Positions 1 to 11,774 of a DNA stretch of 64,000 bases are shown here, piece by piece; position 1 is the stretch's first letter; the number at the start of each line of letters is the position of its first letter. Made by a program: the position numbers and the translations under genes. The notes beneath the pieces are model-generated. The model made no database searches and had not been told where the DNA came from. It saw nothing but the letters and a program-made list of their open reading frames with translations. The stretch is from contig JAFQHL010000002.1 of assembly GCA_017397955.1 (NCBI GenBank), forward strand, positions 2,142-66,141, read 5' to 3'. This DNA is from Clostridia bacterium (GTDB lineage Bacteria; Bacillota; Clostridia; Oscillospirales; CAG-382).

Positions 1-2507
1 TCCTCGCTTGTTTCTTCATCGGGTTTGGGTATCTCGTTGACCGACAAGAGTATAGCGCCTGCGTTTGCGTTGCCGTATGCACCTACCGCATAGGCGTACA
101 GAGTATAAGCGGTCATAGCCACGTCAGCGTTGGTGATGGTAAGGGTTGCTACGCCGTCATTAAGACCTGTTTCGAAGGTAGACTCGGGGAACGCCGCCTT
201 CAGATCATCAAGGTCATACATTATACCGTTACCGTCCTCGTCATAGCTTTCAAAGCCCCAATCGGCTTCAATCATATCGGGGGAGGTAAAGGTGAAGCTA
301 AGGGCTTCGCCCTCGGTGCAGCTATCGCCTTTAAGCATCTCGGTTACAGCGGGGATTTCGACCAGCAGCGTGAAGGGCACTGTGTTGTCCATACTGAAGG
401 CTACATTGCCCAGTGCATTTTCTACGGAATAGCCTACGCTGTAACCACGGCTGACACTTTCGGGCACGTTTTTAAATGTTACTACCGCACGGTAGGAGCC
501 GCCGAAAAGCTTAAAGCTAGTGTCGTAGTCAATACCCGTTGCTGCCTTGAACTCTTCAAGGGTGTAGAACTCGGTGGTACTGCCGCCTCTGTGCATAACC
601 GTCCAGGTAACTCTCTCGAATATATCGCCCTTGAGGTAGAACTTGGCGTCGCCTCCCTCATAGTATCCGTTTGAATAGAAGCTCTTAACCTGAGGAACGT
701 CACCAAAGGTGAAGGTTGCCACAGCGGTCTTGGTGGTTGAATCATCGGTGCCCGTAAGCAGACAACGTGCCTTGATTTCGCCAAGCCCTTCAGAAGAAAC
801 GGAGAACCAAGGGGACCTATAGCCATACATACGAACGCCGTGAAACATAGTCGCTACGGTGTCGTCAACGTCTACCCAGGAGTCGCCAATCTGCACTTGC
901 CACTGATAACCGTCCACGTGGCTTGCTTCCACAGCCGTGCTTGCCATCTCGCCCAAGCCGACCTTTATACTTTCGGGCTGGGTTATGATGTTTGCGGGGG
1001 CGGAAGCCTCGGTAACGTTGACGGTGTAATGTCTGGTAAATTTAAACTCTTGTCTTGCAACGAATATCTTATACTCTGCCAAGACTTCAAACCCGTTGGG
1101 GTAGTCTTCGGCTTTAACGGTCTTTTCGTAGCTTTGTTTGCCTTCCAGATTGCATCTGTAATCTGTCCACTCGGTTTCGCCCTTTGCTCTTACGTAAAAA
1201 AATCCGATATATGTCGAGTAGTTAACGTGATCCTTAACAAAATCGCTTAATTTGAAACTAACGCCAAAGGTTTCGGACTTGTCGATGGGGCAGTGAAGCA
1301 CAGTGTTGTAATCTATTTTAGATGCGGGTGAAAACTCAAGACCCAGCATATCCTCGTTCATAACTAAAATCTGTGCGGCGTTGTGCAGGTCCTCAAAGCT
1401 AGCCTCTGTAACGTCTATAAACGTATTGTCACGAGTCAAAATAGCGGTAGCGCTTAAGTTTTTTATCATCCTAATAGCTTGGTATTCGGCAAGCTTGCAA
1501 AAACCGATTGATGAGATTATCGAAGAATCGGAAACGGGGGGATAATAAGCAAAGGTATGACCGATAAAGCCTATACCGCCAATAAACGAACCGCCGTGAA
1601 TTTCGGGGATGATCTGGTTATCCAACGTTCCGGTATATTCGTTGATATTGTCTACGCCCTCGTCAAAGTGGTGGACGGAGTAGCCAGGGGAGTTGAAATA
1701 ACCGCCGTTTATTACCAAGGATAGCCAATCGTCGTAGGTGTTACCGTATCTGGTGGTACCGAAAGCGCTAAGCTCTCTCGTGCAATGGTCAACGCTATCA
1801 TCAACGTAACCGCTGCCCTTTGCTTCAAAATCGCCGTCGTTTATAACGGTGTGAATATTGTGGGCTATAAAGGTGCCTCTATAGTTAATGCCACGTTTTA
1901 AGGTGCTGCCGCCGGATTTTTGGGTTGAAGTTTCAAGGGTGTAGTTACCGCCGTCTATTATAAGCTTGTTGTGGTTTTCGTCAATATATTCCGTGCGGCC
2001 GTCAACCTTATAGGCATCCTCGGTCGTTACAAATACGGCAGCAATTTCGGAGTCTTTGTTTCTGGGAGAAACCATACTGATACCGCCGCCGCCTACGGAG
2101 TCCGTAAAACGCAGGGTAGAGCCGGTGTTCAGGTCGTAGTTGCTAACTCGAATTTCTATAAAGTTGGAGGTGGTGTTGGAGATATCGTCAACACAGGAGA
2201 GGGTGTGGCCGTTAAAGTCAAACTCTACGTTGTTTCCCTTTATCCACACGCTTATCCAAGAGTACCTGTACTGTACGGGTGTACGGTCAACGGTGTTAAG
2301 AGCAAGGTCTTCCATCAGCACCATTTTGTAGTTGCCGAAGGCGTATTCGGGCAGGTTTTCAAAAGCCGCCTCAAACTCCGCCCAATTGTTTATCTCGATT
2401 ATTCCGTCGAGTGCTGTCTCGGGGGTCTCTCCCGCAGATGCAGTCACAAAGGGTATTGCGCTTATGACTGTAAGCACACAAAGCAGTAAGGATATAAATT
2501 TTTTCAT
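1..2507 (-). CDS. Secreted protein of unknown function, C-terminus cut by window edge (about 835 N-terminal codons present)
   Basis: ATG at 2507-2505 with GGAGG at 2516-2520. N-terminus MKKFISLLLCVLTVISAIPFVTASA is a signal peptide. No competing long ORF in 1-2507 and no stop-bounded fragments listed in this frame, consistent with an open frame leaving the window (absent from the ORF track because its stop is outside). Confidence 0.7.
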   Translation of the reverse strand, partial: MKKFISLLLCVLTVISAIPFVTASAGETPETALDGIIEINNWAEFEAAFENLPEYAFGNYKMVLMEDLALNTVDRTPVQYRYSWISVWIKGNNVEFDFNGHTLSCVDDISNTTSNFIEIRVSNYDLNTGSTLRFTDSVGGGGISMVSPRNKDSEIAAVFVTTEDAYKVDGRTEYIDENHNKLIIDGGNYTLETSTQKSGGSTLKRGINYRGTFIAHNIHTVINDGDFEAKGSGYVDDSVDHCTRELSAFGTTRYGNTYDDWLSLVINGGYFNSPGYSVHHFDEGVDNINEYTGTLDNQIIPEIHGGSFIGGIGFIGHTFAYYPPVSDSSIISSIGFCKLAEYQAIRMIKNLSATAILTRDNTFIDVTEASFEDLHNAAQILVMNEDMLGLEFSPASKIDYNTVLHCPIDKSETFGVSFKLSDFVKDHVNYSTYIGFFYVRAKGETEWTDYRCNLEGKQSYEKTVKAEDYPNGFEVLAEYKIFVARQEFKFTRHYTVNVTEASAPANIITQPESIKVGLGEMASTAVEASHVDGYQWQVQIGDSWVDVDDTVATMFHGVRMYGYRSPWFSVSSEGLGEIKARCLLTGTDDSTTKTAVATFTFGDVPQVKSFYSNGYYEGGDAKFYLKGDIFERVTWTVMHRGGSTTEFYTLEEFKAATGIDYDTSFKLFGGSYRAVVTFKNVPESVSRGYSVGYSVENALGNVAFSMDNTVPFTLLVEIPAVTEMLKGDSCTEGEALSFTFTSPDMIEADWGFESYDEDGNGIMYDLDDLKAAFPESTFETGLNDGVATLTITNADVAMTAYTLYAYAVGAYGNANAGAILLSVNEIPKPDEETSE

Positions 2508-2693
2508 CCCATAATCCTCCATATCTTATATAAATACGTATGCATTATAACACATTTTTTTAATAATGTCACTACCCTTTTGCAAATAAAAGGGTGGGTA
2601 TACTGCCGAAAAGGGGTGGGGTAAAGTGTGGGAAAAAACAAAGTATAAAAAGTTCTCAAGAAAGTAACGGGTTCCTTGGGAACTTAAACAATA

Positions 2694-2725
2694 CCCCACC
2701 CGCCTATGTAGGTAAGCGGGTGGGG
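2694..2725 (-). terminator. Hairpin downstream of CofE-like gene
   Basis: CCCCACCCGC (2694-2703) pairs with GCGGGTGGGG (2716-2725), a 10-bp stem. A T-rich tract follows on the minus strand. Confidence 0.5.
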
Positions 2726-2750
2726 AAAAGTTTCGTGTTTTTGTATTAAC

Positions 2751-3941
2751 TTAGTCGGTAAAGTTATCAAAGTAGCCCTGTACAAGAACAACGGGTGTGC
2801 CCTTGTCGCCGCTGCCGGAGGTCAGGTCGCAAAGGGAACCGATAAGGTCGGTAAGCTGTCTGGGCGTGGTACCCTGAGATACCATATTGCCCACAAGGTT
2901 TGCATTCTTTGCCTTTATGCTTTCGGAAATAGCGTTCTTCAGTGCCTCGCCGCTAAGGTCTTTATAGTCGTTATCTGCAAGGTACTTAAGCTTAAGCTCG
3001 TTGGGTGTGCCCACAAGCCCGCTTGTAAAGGCGGGGGAAACAACGGGGTCAGCCAGCTCCCAAATCTTGCCCTGAGGGTCTTTGAACGCACCGTCGCCGT
3101 AAACCATAACTTCAACATGCTTATCCGTGGCTTTAAGGATTCTCGCCTGAATATCCTCAACCAAATCGGTACATTCCTTGGGGAACAGCTTTATCGTGTC
3201 TTCGGTAGCCTTGTTGGAGCCAAGCAGGCCGTATTTTTCGTTATATCCGCTGCCGTTAACGGATGCATTAAGAATACCGTCAAGACTGCAAACAACCTTC
3301 GCGCCCTTTTCAAGGAGTATACGCTTTGTTCTTACGCGTGTATGTATATCACAGTTGATAACGCAATCCGCACAGTCGAGAATAGCGGCAGGGCGGTTGG
3401 CAAAAATAACTTCAACCTCTGCACCTGCATCCTTAACGATGCTTGCGTAATAGTCTACATAGTCAATACCCGTAAACTCGTGTACAGGGTTACCAAACAG
3501 TTCGCGATACTTTTCAAGAGAAAGCACATCGCTGTAAGGGTTAACGCCTGCTTCGTCCAACGCATCATAGCTGAGAAGCGCGTTGCCAACCTCGTCACTG
3601 GGGTAACTGAGCATAAGAACAACCTTCTTACAGCCCATTGCTATACCTCTGAGGCATATTGCAAAACGGTTACGGGACAAAATAGGGAATATAACGCCAA
3701 CGGTGCCACCGCCAAGCTTTACCTTAACGTCCTCTGCAATTGCTTCAACGCCTGCGTAGTTACCCTGCGCTCTTGCAACAATGGATTCGGTTATGGAAAT
3801 AACATCTCTGTCACGAATAGCAAAGCCTTCACATTCAGCGGCTTCAAGCACGCTGTTTACAACAATCTCTGCCAAGTTGTCGCCCGCTCTTATAATAGGG
3901 CAACGGATACCTCTTGAACAAGTGCCTACTTTTCTTTCCAT
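2751..3941 (-). CDS. F420-0:gamma-glutamyl ligase (CofE)-family protein
   Basis: ORF 2751-3980. Likely start is the ATG at 3941 (MERKVGT...) with AGGTG 7 nt upstream. N-terminal pattern IRAGDNLAEIV...RDRDVISITESIVARAQG is typical of the CofE/PF01996 family. Confidence 0.55.
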   Translation of the reverse strand: MERKVGTCSRGIRCPIIRAGDNLAEIVVNSVLEAAECEGFAIRDRDVISITESIVARAQGNYAGVEAIAEDVKVKLGGGTVGVIFPILSRNRFAICLRGIAMGCKKVVLMLSYPSDEVGNALLSYDALDEAGVNPYSDVLSLEKYRELFGNPVHEFTGIDYVDYYASIVKDAGAEVEVIFANRPAAILDCADCVINCDIHTRVRTKRILLEKGAKVVCSLDGILNASVNGSGYNEKYGLLGSNKATEDTIKLFPKECTDLVEDIQARILKATDKHVEVMVYGDGAFKDPQGKIWELADPVVSPAFTSGLVGTPNELKLKYLADNDYKDLSGEALKNAISESIKAKNANLVGNMVSQGTTPRQLTDLIGSLCDLTSGSGDKGTPVVLVQGYFDNFTD

Positions 3942-4000
3942 AAAAAACACCTTTATCCTTAAAATGTTATCGGGAAACAACCTATCCCCAATACAGTATT

Positions 4001-4029
4001 ATTATACATTCAACGCCTGCTCCTTGCAA
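4001..4029 (-). promoter_or_regulatory. Sigma-A type promoter for CofE-like gene
   Basis: Minus strand TTGCAA (4029-4024), 17 nt, TATAAT (4006-4001). Confidence 0.5.
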
Positions 4030-4098
4030 GTAAAATTTTACGTAAATTATCATAAAATTTTGCGCTTTAAGCAGGCGTTTTTTGTTTTTTTGGTATAT

Positions 4099-7009
<2,911 letters not shown>

Positions 7010-7013
<4 letters not shown>

Positions 7014-7486
7014 ACTTCTTTCACCTTTCTTTTGTACCGTCTTATAAATGGCTTTTCGCCTATGCGCTTAAGTTTAAAAAATAAGGTTTCCTTGGGTTGT
7101 ATCGGCTCCACTAAAAAGCAGGGCATTTTCATGCGGCGCGCCGCAAGACAATCTGTAAATATCTGGTCGCCCACAAATGCCGCCTTCCCCTTGTTTTTGG
7201 ACTGTGCAAGACAGGCCTCTATCCCCTTGGTGCCCGGTTTGCCTGCCTTATGTACGGCAAACAGCCCCAAATCTTTGTTAAACAGCTCCACACGCTCCTT
7301 CTCGTTGTTGGAAACAAACATTACCTCTATCCCTGCTGCTTGTAGGCTTTGTATGTAATTTACCGCCTTTTCATCGGGAGAAGGCTTGTCATAGGGCGCA
7401 ATGGTGTTATCTATGTCAAACACTACTCTGTCAATCCCTCTCCTTGTAAAAAACTCTGCGGGGTAGGCGCTTATATCTTTTTCCAT
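7010..7486 (-). CDS. yqeG: YqeG-family HAD-IIIA phosphatase
   Basis: 158 aa. DIDNT (HAD motif I), VSNN, GKP..K, VGDQIFTD. 4-nt overlap with the prmA start. Confidence 0.8.
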
Positions 7487-7520
7487 TCTGTCGGGTGTGA
7501 ATTTATCAAGCCAGCTGATA

Positions 7521-8495
7521 TTAACCTACCTCCGCTTCCGTAGCCAAGTATTCTTCAAGTGTAAGTCCGCTTTCGTATATTGCGGTGGCGTGCTTTATGC
7601 CAACAAATCGGAAATGCCAAGGCTCCCACATATAGCCGGTGATATCCTGCTTGCCTTGAGGGAAACGCAGTATAAATCCAAACCTGTGTGCGTTTGCTGC
7701 CATCCATTTTGCCGCCTCTGTACTGCCAAAGTTTTGGCTTGCCGCAGGCAGGTTATGCATATCTGCACAAAGCCCCGTGTGGTGCTCGCTTGTGCCGGGG
7801 TATGCAGAATAGACCGATGCCGCCGCCTCTGCACTTGCCTTATCCTTACCGGATGCCATCTCTTGGGATACGTAGTAGTTAAAAAGTGATTCCTGCTTTG
7901 CAATACTGCGGTATCCGCTGGTAATGGTAACGTCACCGTGACCGTAGTAGGTAGCCTCTTTCAAAAAGGCGTTAAGTGCCGTTTCTGCGGTATAAACCAT
8001 CTTTTCGGGTGCGCGGTCGCCGCGGGTCTTTCTTATGTCAACTAAGTTTTCGGGAACAAAATCCTTGGGCAACTTATTCTCTTTGTTTACAAGAATTAAA
8101 TACTCCCCGTTTGCCCCTGCGTTGATACACTTAATTTCTTCATCGCTCAGCTCTATGGCATAGTTGGTGTCAATAATAATTTCGCTTTCGGGGGTAGAGC
8201 TTACGGGCGGTTGAGTAATAACCTCACTTTCCTTTTCGGACTCGGCAGCGCTCTCACTTTCAGATACAGAACTCTCAGTTTCGGAAACGACCTCGCTTGT
8301 ATCATCGGGCTTTTCGCTTGTGCTTTCCTGTACGGAAGTGTTGTTTTCCGGCTGAGATATTACGCTTTCGTCTGCTATGCTTGTTGTGCTTTCCGTTTTA
8401 GATGCTTCGCTTTCCTCACCGTCCATAGGGATATCTCCGCAAGCGGTGCAGGCAAGCAACGATAAGGTTATTAACATAAGTAATATCTTTTTCAT
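7521..8495 (-). CDS. VanY/M15B-family D-alanyl-D-alanine carboxypeptidase lipoprotein
   Basis: Lipobox LLACTAC. Ser/Glu-rich linker. Motifs SGYRS, SEHHTGLCADM, EPWHFRFVG. Confidence 0.85.
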   Translation of the reverse strand: MKKILLMLITLSLLACTACGDIPMDGEESEASKTESTTSIADESVISQPENNTSVQESTSEKPDDTSEVVSETESSVSESESAAESEKESEVITQPPVSSTPESEIIIDTNYAIELSDEEIKCINAGANGEYLILVNKENKLPKDFVPENLVDIRKTRGDRAPEKMVYTAETALNAFLKEATYYGHGDVTITSGYRSIAKQESLFNYYVSQEMASGKDKASAEAAASVYSAYPGTSEHHTGLCADMHNLPAASQNFGSTEAAKWMAANAHRFGFILRFPQGKQDITGYMWEPWHFRFVGIKHATAIYESGLTLEEYLATEAEVG

Positions 8496-8570
8496 ATCTT
8501 TCCCCTTATAGATTATATAACATGTTATTATATCATACTTCGAAGCAAATTACAACATCAAAATAAAAGA

Positions 8571-8612
8571 GTGGGGCTGTTTCTTCCCCTCACAAAGAAA
8601 AAACAGCCCCAC
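8571..8612 (-). terminator. Intrinsic terminator of micro-ORF
   Basis: GTGGGGCTGTTT (8571-8582) pairs with AAACAGCCCCAC (8601-8612), a 12-bp stem. U-run on the minus strand (plus-strand A-rich 8561-8570). Confidence 0.7.
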
Positions 8613-8628
8613 ACTTTAAAATATGTGT

Positions 8629-8718
8629 TTAGTTGCAGCAGCAGCAAACAATTACTATTGCAATCAGAATAATAATCCAACAACTCTGATTACCGAAAAA
8701 AGAGTCAAAGCAGCTCAT
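8629..8718 (-). CDS. 29-aa hydrophobic Cys-tailed micropeptide (MSCFDSFFGNQSCWIIILIAIVIVCCCCN)
   Basis: Hand translation. GGGAGG 8 nt upstream of the ATG (8718). TAA at 8629-8631. Dedicated terminator downstream. Below the ORF-track size cutoff. Confidence 0.55.
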   Translation of the reverse strand: MSCFDSFFGNQSCWIIILIAIVIVCCCCN

Positions 8719-8795
8719 TGTCTTTCCTCCCTTCTGCTACAGTTTATGTAGCCCCGTGTTGCCTTGTTACACAAATAAAGGGAGTGAGTTTTTAT

Positions 8796-9476
8796 CTATT
8801 CAAAAAAATTGCGCCACTTTAATCCGTCTTTGAATTCAAAGAATTTACCTATGATCTTGTCAATCATGCCAATAAGCCAGCCGTTAACCAGAGCGCAAAA
8901 GAATGTGCCCCAGCCTATGCCTTCAAAATGCCACAGCCCGAAAAAAGCAAAGGAGAATATTACGCTTACAGCAAGACTGCCGCAGTCATAAAACGTTTTA
9001 AACTTGCTGAGAGGAATACGGATTTTAGCCGAAACTTCTTTTACGGCAAGCTCGTAAACCTCGGGGGAAATATACGTGCGGAAGAAAAACGCCACACCGA
9101 TTGCAGTAAGCAACAATCCGATGAAATACGCCGTAAGTCGCATATAAAGCGGCTCCCAGCATATTCCGTCAAGCACAGCAATATATCCGTCCAGCAAAAG
9201 CCCGTAAAAGAATGCCGTAACAAAAGACAACAGATAAGACAGCCTGAATTTTCTTATAACCGCTATCATCGCAATAAGCAATACAGCCTGCAGGGTATAT
9301 TCAGCCGTACCGAAGGTGAAGAACGAAAATGTTTGCGACACCTTGGAATGCAAAATATATGCGGGTGCCACTATCATGGAAAGCCCAAAGTCTGCCATTG
9401 TCATAAGTGCCGCACCAAAAGGAAGAATAAGCATGCCCAGCACATATGCAAGCTCTGTATAAAGTTTGCGTTTCAT
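8796..9476 (-). CDS. Polytopic membrane protein (YczE/YitT-like family, uncertain)
   Basis: ORF 8796-9572. Probable start is the ATG at 9476 (MKRKLYTELAYVLGMLILPFG...). About 6 hydrophobic segments. Confidence 0.6.
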   Translation of the reverse strand: MKRKLYTELAYVLGMLILPFGAALMTMADFGLSMIVAPAYILHSKVSQTFSFFTFGTAEYTLQAVLLIAMIAVIRKFRLSYLLSFVTAFFYGLLLDGYIAVLDGICWEPLYMRLTAYFIGLLLTAIGVAFFFRTYISPEVYELAVKEVSAKIRIPLSKFKTFYDCGSLAVSVIFSFAFFGLWHFEGIGWGTFFCALVNGWLIGMIDKIIGKFFEFKDGLKWRNFFE

Positions 9477-9496
9477 AACTGTTACACTCCGTTTCA

Positions 9497-9541
9497 ACAA
9501 AAAACAGCCAAAGCCGTTTGATATAGAAACGGCAAAAGCTG
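9497..9541 (-). promoter_or_regulatory. Terminator-like leader hairpin between promoter and membrane-protein gene
   Basis: Minus strand CAGCUUUUGCCGUUUC-uauauc-AAACGGCUUUGGCUG followed by UUUUUU (plus-strand A-run 9499-9504). Confidence 0.4.
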
Positions 9542-9550
9542 AAAGCCGGT

Positions 9551-9579
9551 AGTATAACACGGCTTTTGACAAAAGTCAA
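9551..9579 (-). promoter_or_regulatory. Sigma-A type promoter
   Basis: Minus strand TTGACT (9579-9574), 17 nt, TATACT (9556-9551). Confidence 0.5.
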
Positions 9580-9645
9580 CACTGCGTATTGTATTTAGCT
9601 TGCGTTATTACGTGTATTTTGGTATAATAACTTCGAGGTGAGCCT

Positions 9646-10338
9646 ATGCGTTACAACAATATTACAAAGGGAATATTTCATAGCCGCCCTAACCGCTTTA
9701 TTGCAATGGTGTATGTGGACGGCGTTCTTGAAACCGTGCATGTTAAAAACACAGGCAGATGTAAAGAACTGCTGGTGCAGGGCTGTACGGTGTTCTTGGA
9801 AGAATCTGATAACCCAAAACGCAAAACACGTTACGACCTGGTGGCGGTCATAAAAGCACAAAACAAAAAAGAAATATATGTAAATATGGACTCACAGGCT
9901 CCGAACGAAATGGCGGCGGAATGGCTTCCCAAAAGCGGGCTTTTCCCCGAAGGTACAACCTTTCGCCGAGAGGTGAATTGCGGCGATTCACGCTTTGATT
10001 TTTGCGCCTTAACGGGCGAAACGCTTACTTACATAGAGGTAAAGGGCGTAACGCTGGAGAGGGATGGTATAGCATATTTTCCGGATGCGCCTACCGAAAG
10101 AGGCGTTAAGCACCTCAAGGAGCTTGCCACATGTGCAGACAACGGCATAGGGGCTATGGTGTTGTTTGTGGTACAGATGAAGGGCGTCAGCCAATTTCGT
10201 CCTAACCGTGTGACTCATCCGGAGCTTGCTGATGCTTTGGCAGCGGCAGAGAGGGCAGGGGTAAAGATTTACGCCGTGGACTGCAAAGTTGCAGAGGGCG
10301 TGGCAGAAATAGACGGATTTTTACCTGTAAGAATATAA
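9646..10338 (+). CDS. sfsA: Sugar fermentation stimulation protein SfsA
   Basis: 230 aa. N-terminus GIFHSRPNRFIAMVYVDG...VHVKNTGRCKELL and C-terminal nuclease-like region are typical of SfsA. Confidence 0.85.
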   Translation: MRYNNITKGIFHSRPNRFIAMVYVDGVLETVHVKNTGRCKELLVQGCTVFLEESDNPKRKTRYDLVAVIKAQNKKEIYVNMDSQAPNEMAAEWLPKSGLFPEGTTFRREVNCGDSRFDFCALTGETLTYIEVKGVTLERDGIAYFPDAPTERGVKHLKELATCADNGIGAMVLFVVQMKGVSQFRPNRVTHPELADALAAAERAGVKIYAVDCKVAEGVAEIDGFLPVRI

Positions 10339-10383
10339 AAAGAACAGTTTAAGCGGCGTTTTGTTGCTTAAACTGTTCTTTTG

Positions 10384-11177
10384 TTAAATCCCCAATATTC
10401 TTTTTGCGTTTCTGCCCAAAATGTCGGTTTTCTCTTCCTCACTCAACGGCAGTGTGGAAATATGCTTTAATTCTTCGCCCGCATTGCTCCACGGTGCATC
10501 GGAGCCAAACAGGATGTTTTTACTGCCGATAGCCTTAACCAAACGCATAAAGCATTCATCGCTGTATTCGTTAAAGCCCATAGAGGTGTCAAGATATATT
10601 CCCGTGCCTGCTAAAAGCTCTTCGGTGGCATCCCACTCATACATACCGCCCATGTGTGCCGCAACGACCACCCCGCCGCCAAGCTCGTCCATTATGTGCC
10701 TGAACGCCTTGGGACTGCTTCTGAAAGGCGGCTGATAAGCTATATCAAAACCGGCGTGGAACAAAAGTATAAGCCCTTTGCTCAAAGCATAATCGTAAAT
10801 CTTAAGCATTTCGGGGGTATCCACGGTGAAATCCTGATATTCGGGGTGAAACTTAAGCCCCTTTAACCCCAAAGAGCATACAAAATCTATATCAGCCTTT
10901 GGGTTATCGCTGTGGGGATAAATTCCACCGAAGGATATAATATTACCTTCGTTTACGCTTTGTGCCCACTTGTTAAGACTTTCTGTTTGTTTGTGCTTGG
11001 TAATAACGGGCTGAAGTACCGATATATCCACGCCGAATTTTTCCATATTGGTTTTTATGCCGCCAATAGTGCCGTCGTGGCAAGGGGGTATTTGCCGCCC
11101 GCGCTTTCGGCAAGTCCTGCGATAGCTCTCGGTGCCAAACTATCGGGGAAAGCGTGGGTATGAAAATCTATAACCAT
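10384..11177 (-). pseudogene. Amidohydrolase (PF04909-like) interrupted by a 1-nt frameshift in a homopolymer
   Basis: ATG at 11177 gives MVIDFHTHAFPDSLAPRAIAGLAESAGGKYP, then stops at 11055-11057. The listed ORF 10384-11046 continues in another frame. Adding one G to the G5 run 11084-11088 fuses both into a 264-aa protein (..GKYPPCHDGTIGGIKTNMEKFGVD..). Confidence 0.75.
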
Positions 11178-11268
11178 AACAGTGCCTCTTCCATATTTTG
11201 TTACATAGCCATTTTACACCTGCGAAAAGTGCTTGTCAAACTTTTTTTAAAAATTTTAATTTTAGGTA

Positions 11269-11296
11269 TTGACAAATGAAAAAAAACAAGTATAAT
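11269..11296 (+). promoter_or_regulatory. Sigma-A promoter of tRNA-Leu
   Basis: TTGACA (11269-11274), 16 nt, TATAAT (11291-11296). Confidence 0.65.
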
Positions 11297-11333
11297 GTAA
11301 ATGTTCGCTGTTGCGGACAACAAAAACAGATAT

Positions 11334-11416
11334 GCGGCTGTGGCGGAACAGGCAGACGCGCACGTTTGAGGGGCGTGTGGGAGACCGTATGGGTTCAAGT
11401 CCCATCAGCCGCACCA
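11334..11416 (+). tRNA. tRNA-Leu (anticodon GAG), encoded CCA
   Basis: Hand-folded cloverleaf. Acceptor GCGGCTG/CAGCCGC. Anticodon stem CACGT/GCGTG with loop TT-GAG-GG (anticodon 11368-11370). 11-nt variable arm. T arm ATGGG-TTCAAGT-CCCAT. Discriminator A plus CCA. Confidence 0.9.
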
Positions 11417-11420
11417 ACAA

Positions 11421-11452
11421 AGAGGACTTTCTTAATTGAGAGTCCTTTTTTG
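11421..11452 (+). terminator. Intrinsic terminator after tRNA-Leu
   Basis: AGAGGACT / AGTCCTTT stem followed by a T-run (11446-11451). Confidence 0.6.
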
Positions 11453-11480
11453 GCTCTATATCATTTTTAGGAGTGTTACA

Positions 11481-11726
11481 ATGAGCTTTAAAACAAAAAG
11501 AAGAATACTGACGGCATTTACTGTTTTGCTTATAATCGCCCTTGTATTCTTCCACGAATTTTTCTTCGGTACCCATGCGGGTATTACGGCTTTTATAGCC
11601 ATAATGCTTGTGTTTACCGTTACCACCCTGTTGTGGTGGCGCTGTCCTCATTGCCGCACAGGCTTGGGCAGGCGCGTTTTGTGGGTAAAGTATTGCCCAA
11701 GTTGCGGCAAAGAGCTTAACGATTAA
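11481..11726 (+). CDS. Small membrane protein with C-terminal zinc-ribbon (CPHC...CPSC)
   Basis: ATG at 11481 with AGGAG at 11469-11473. Two hydrophobic segments followed by a CxxC-x17-CxxC motif. Confidence 0.6.
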   Translation: MSFKTKRRILTAFTVLLIIALVFFHEFFFGTHAGITAFIAIMLVFTVTTLLWWRCPHCRTGLGRRVLWVKYCPSCGKELND

Positions 11727-11774
11727 ATTAAGTTTTTTGTTGAAGACTCAATAAAGCTTATCGGCTTTGTTGGG

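Noticed and set aside
2560-2640. G-tract cluster (GGGTGGG, GGGGTGGGG, GTGTGGG) as a potential G-quadruplex or regulatory RNA.
   Set aside because: It is short and lies upstream of a GTGACA-17-TGtTATAAT promoter for the secreted-protein gene. There is no second line of evidence, so it was noted but not pursued.
3117-3917. 266-aa plus-strand ORF antisense to the CofE-like gene. The same applies to 39909-40745 (antisense to the lipoprotein gene), 19527-20048 and 31734-32369.
   Set aside because: These are antisense shadows of well-supported genes, with no SD and an implausible amino-acid composition.
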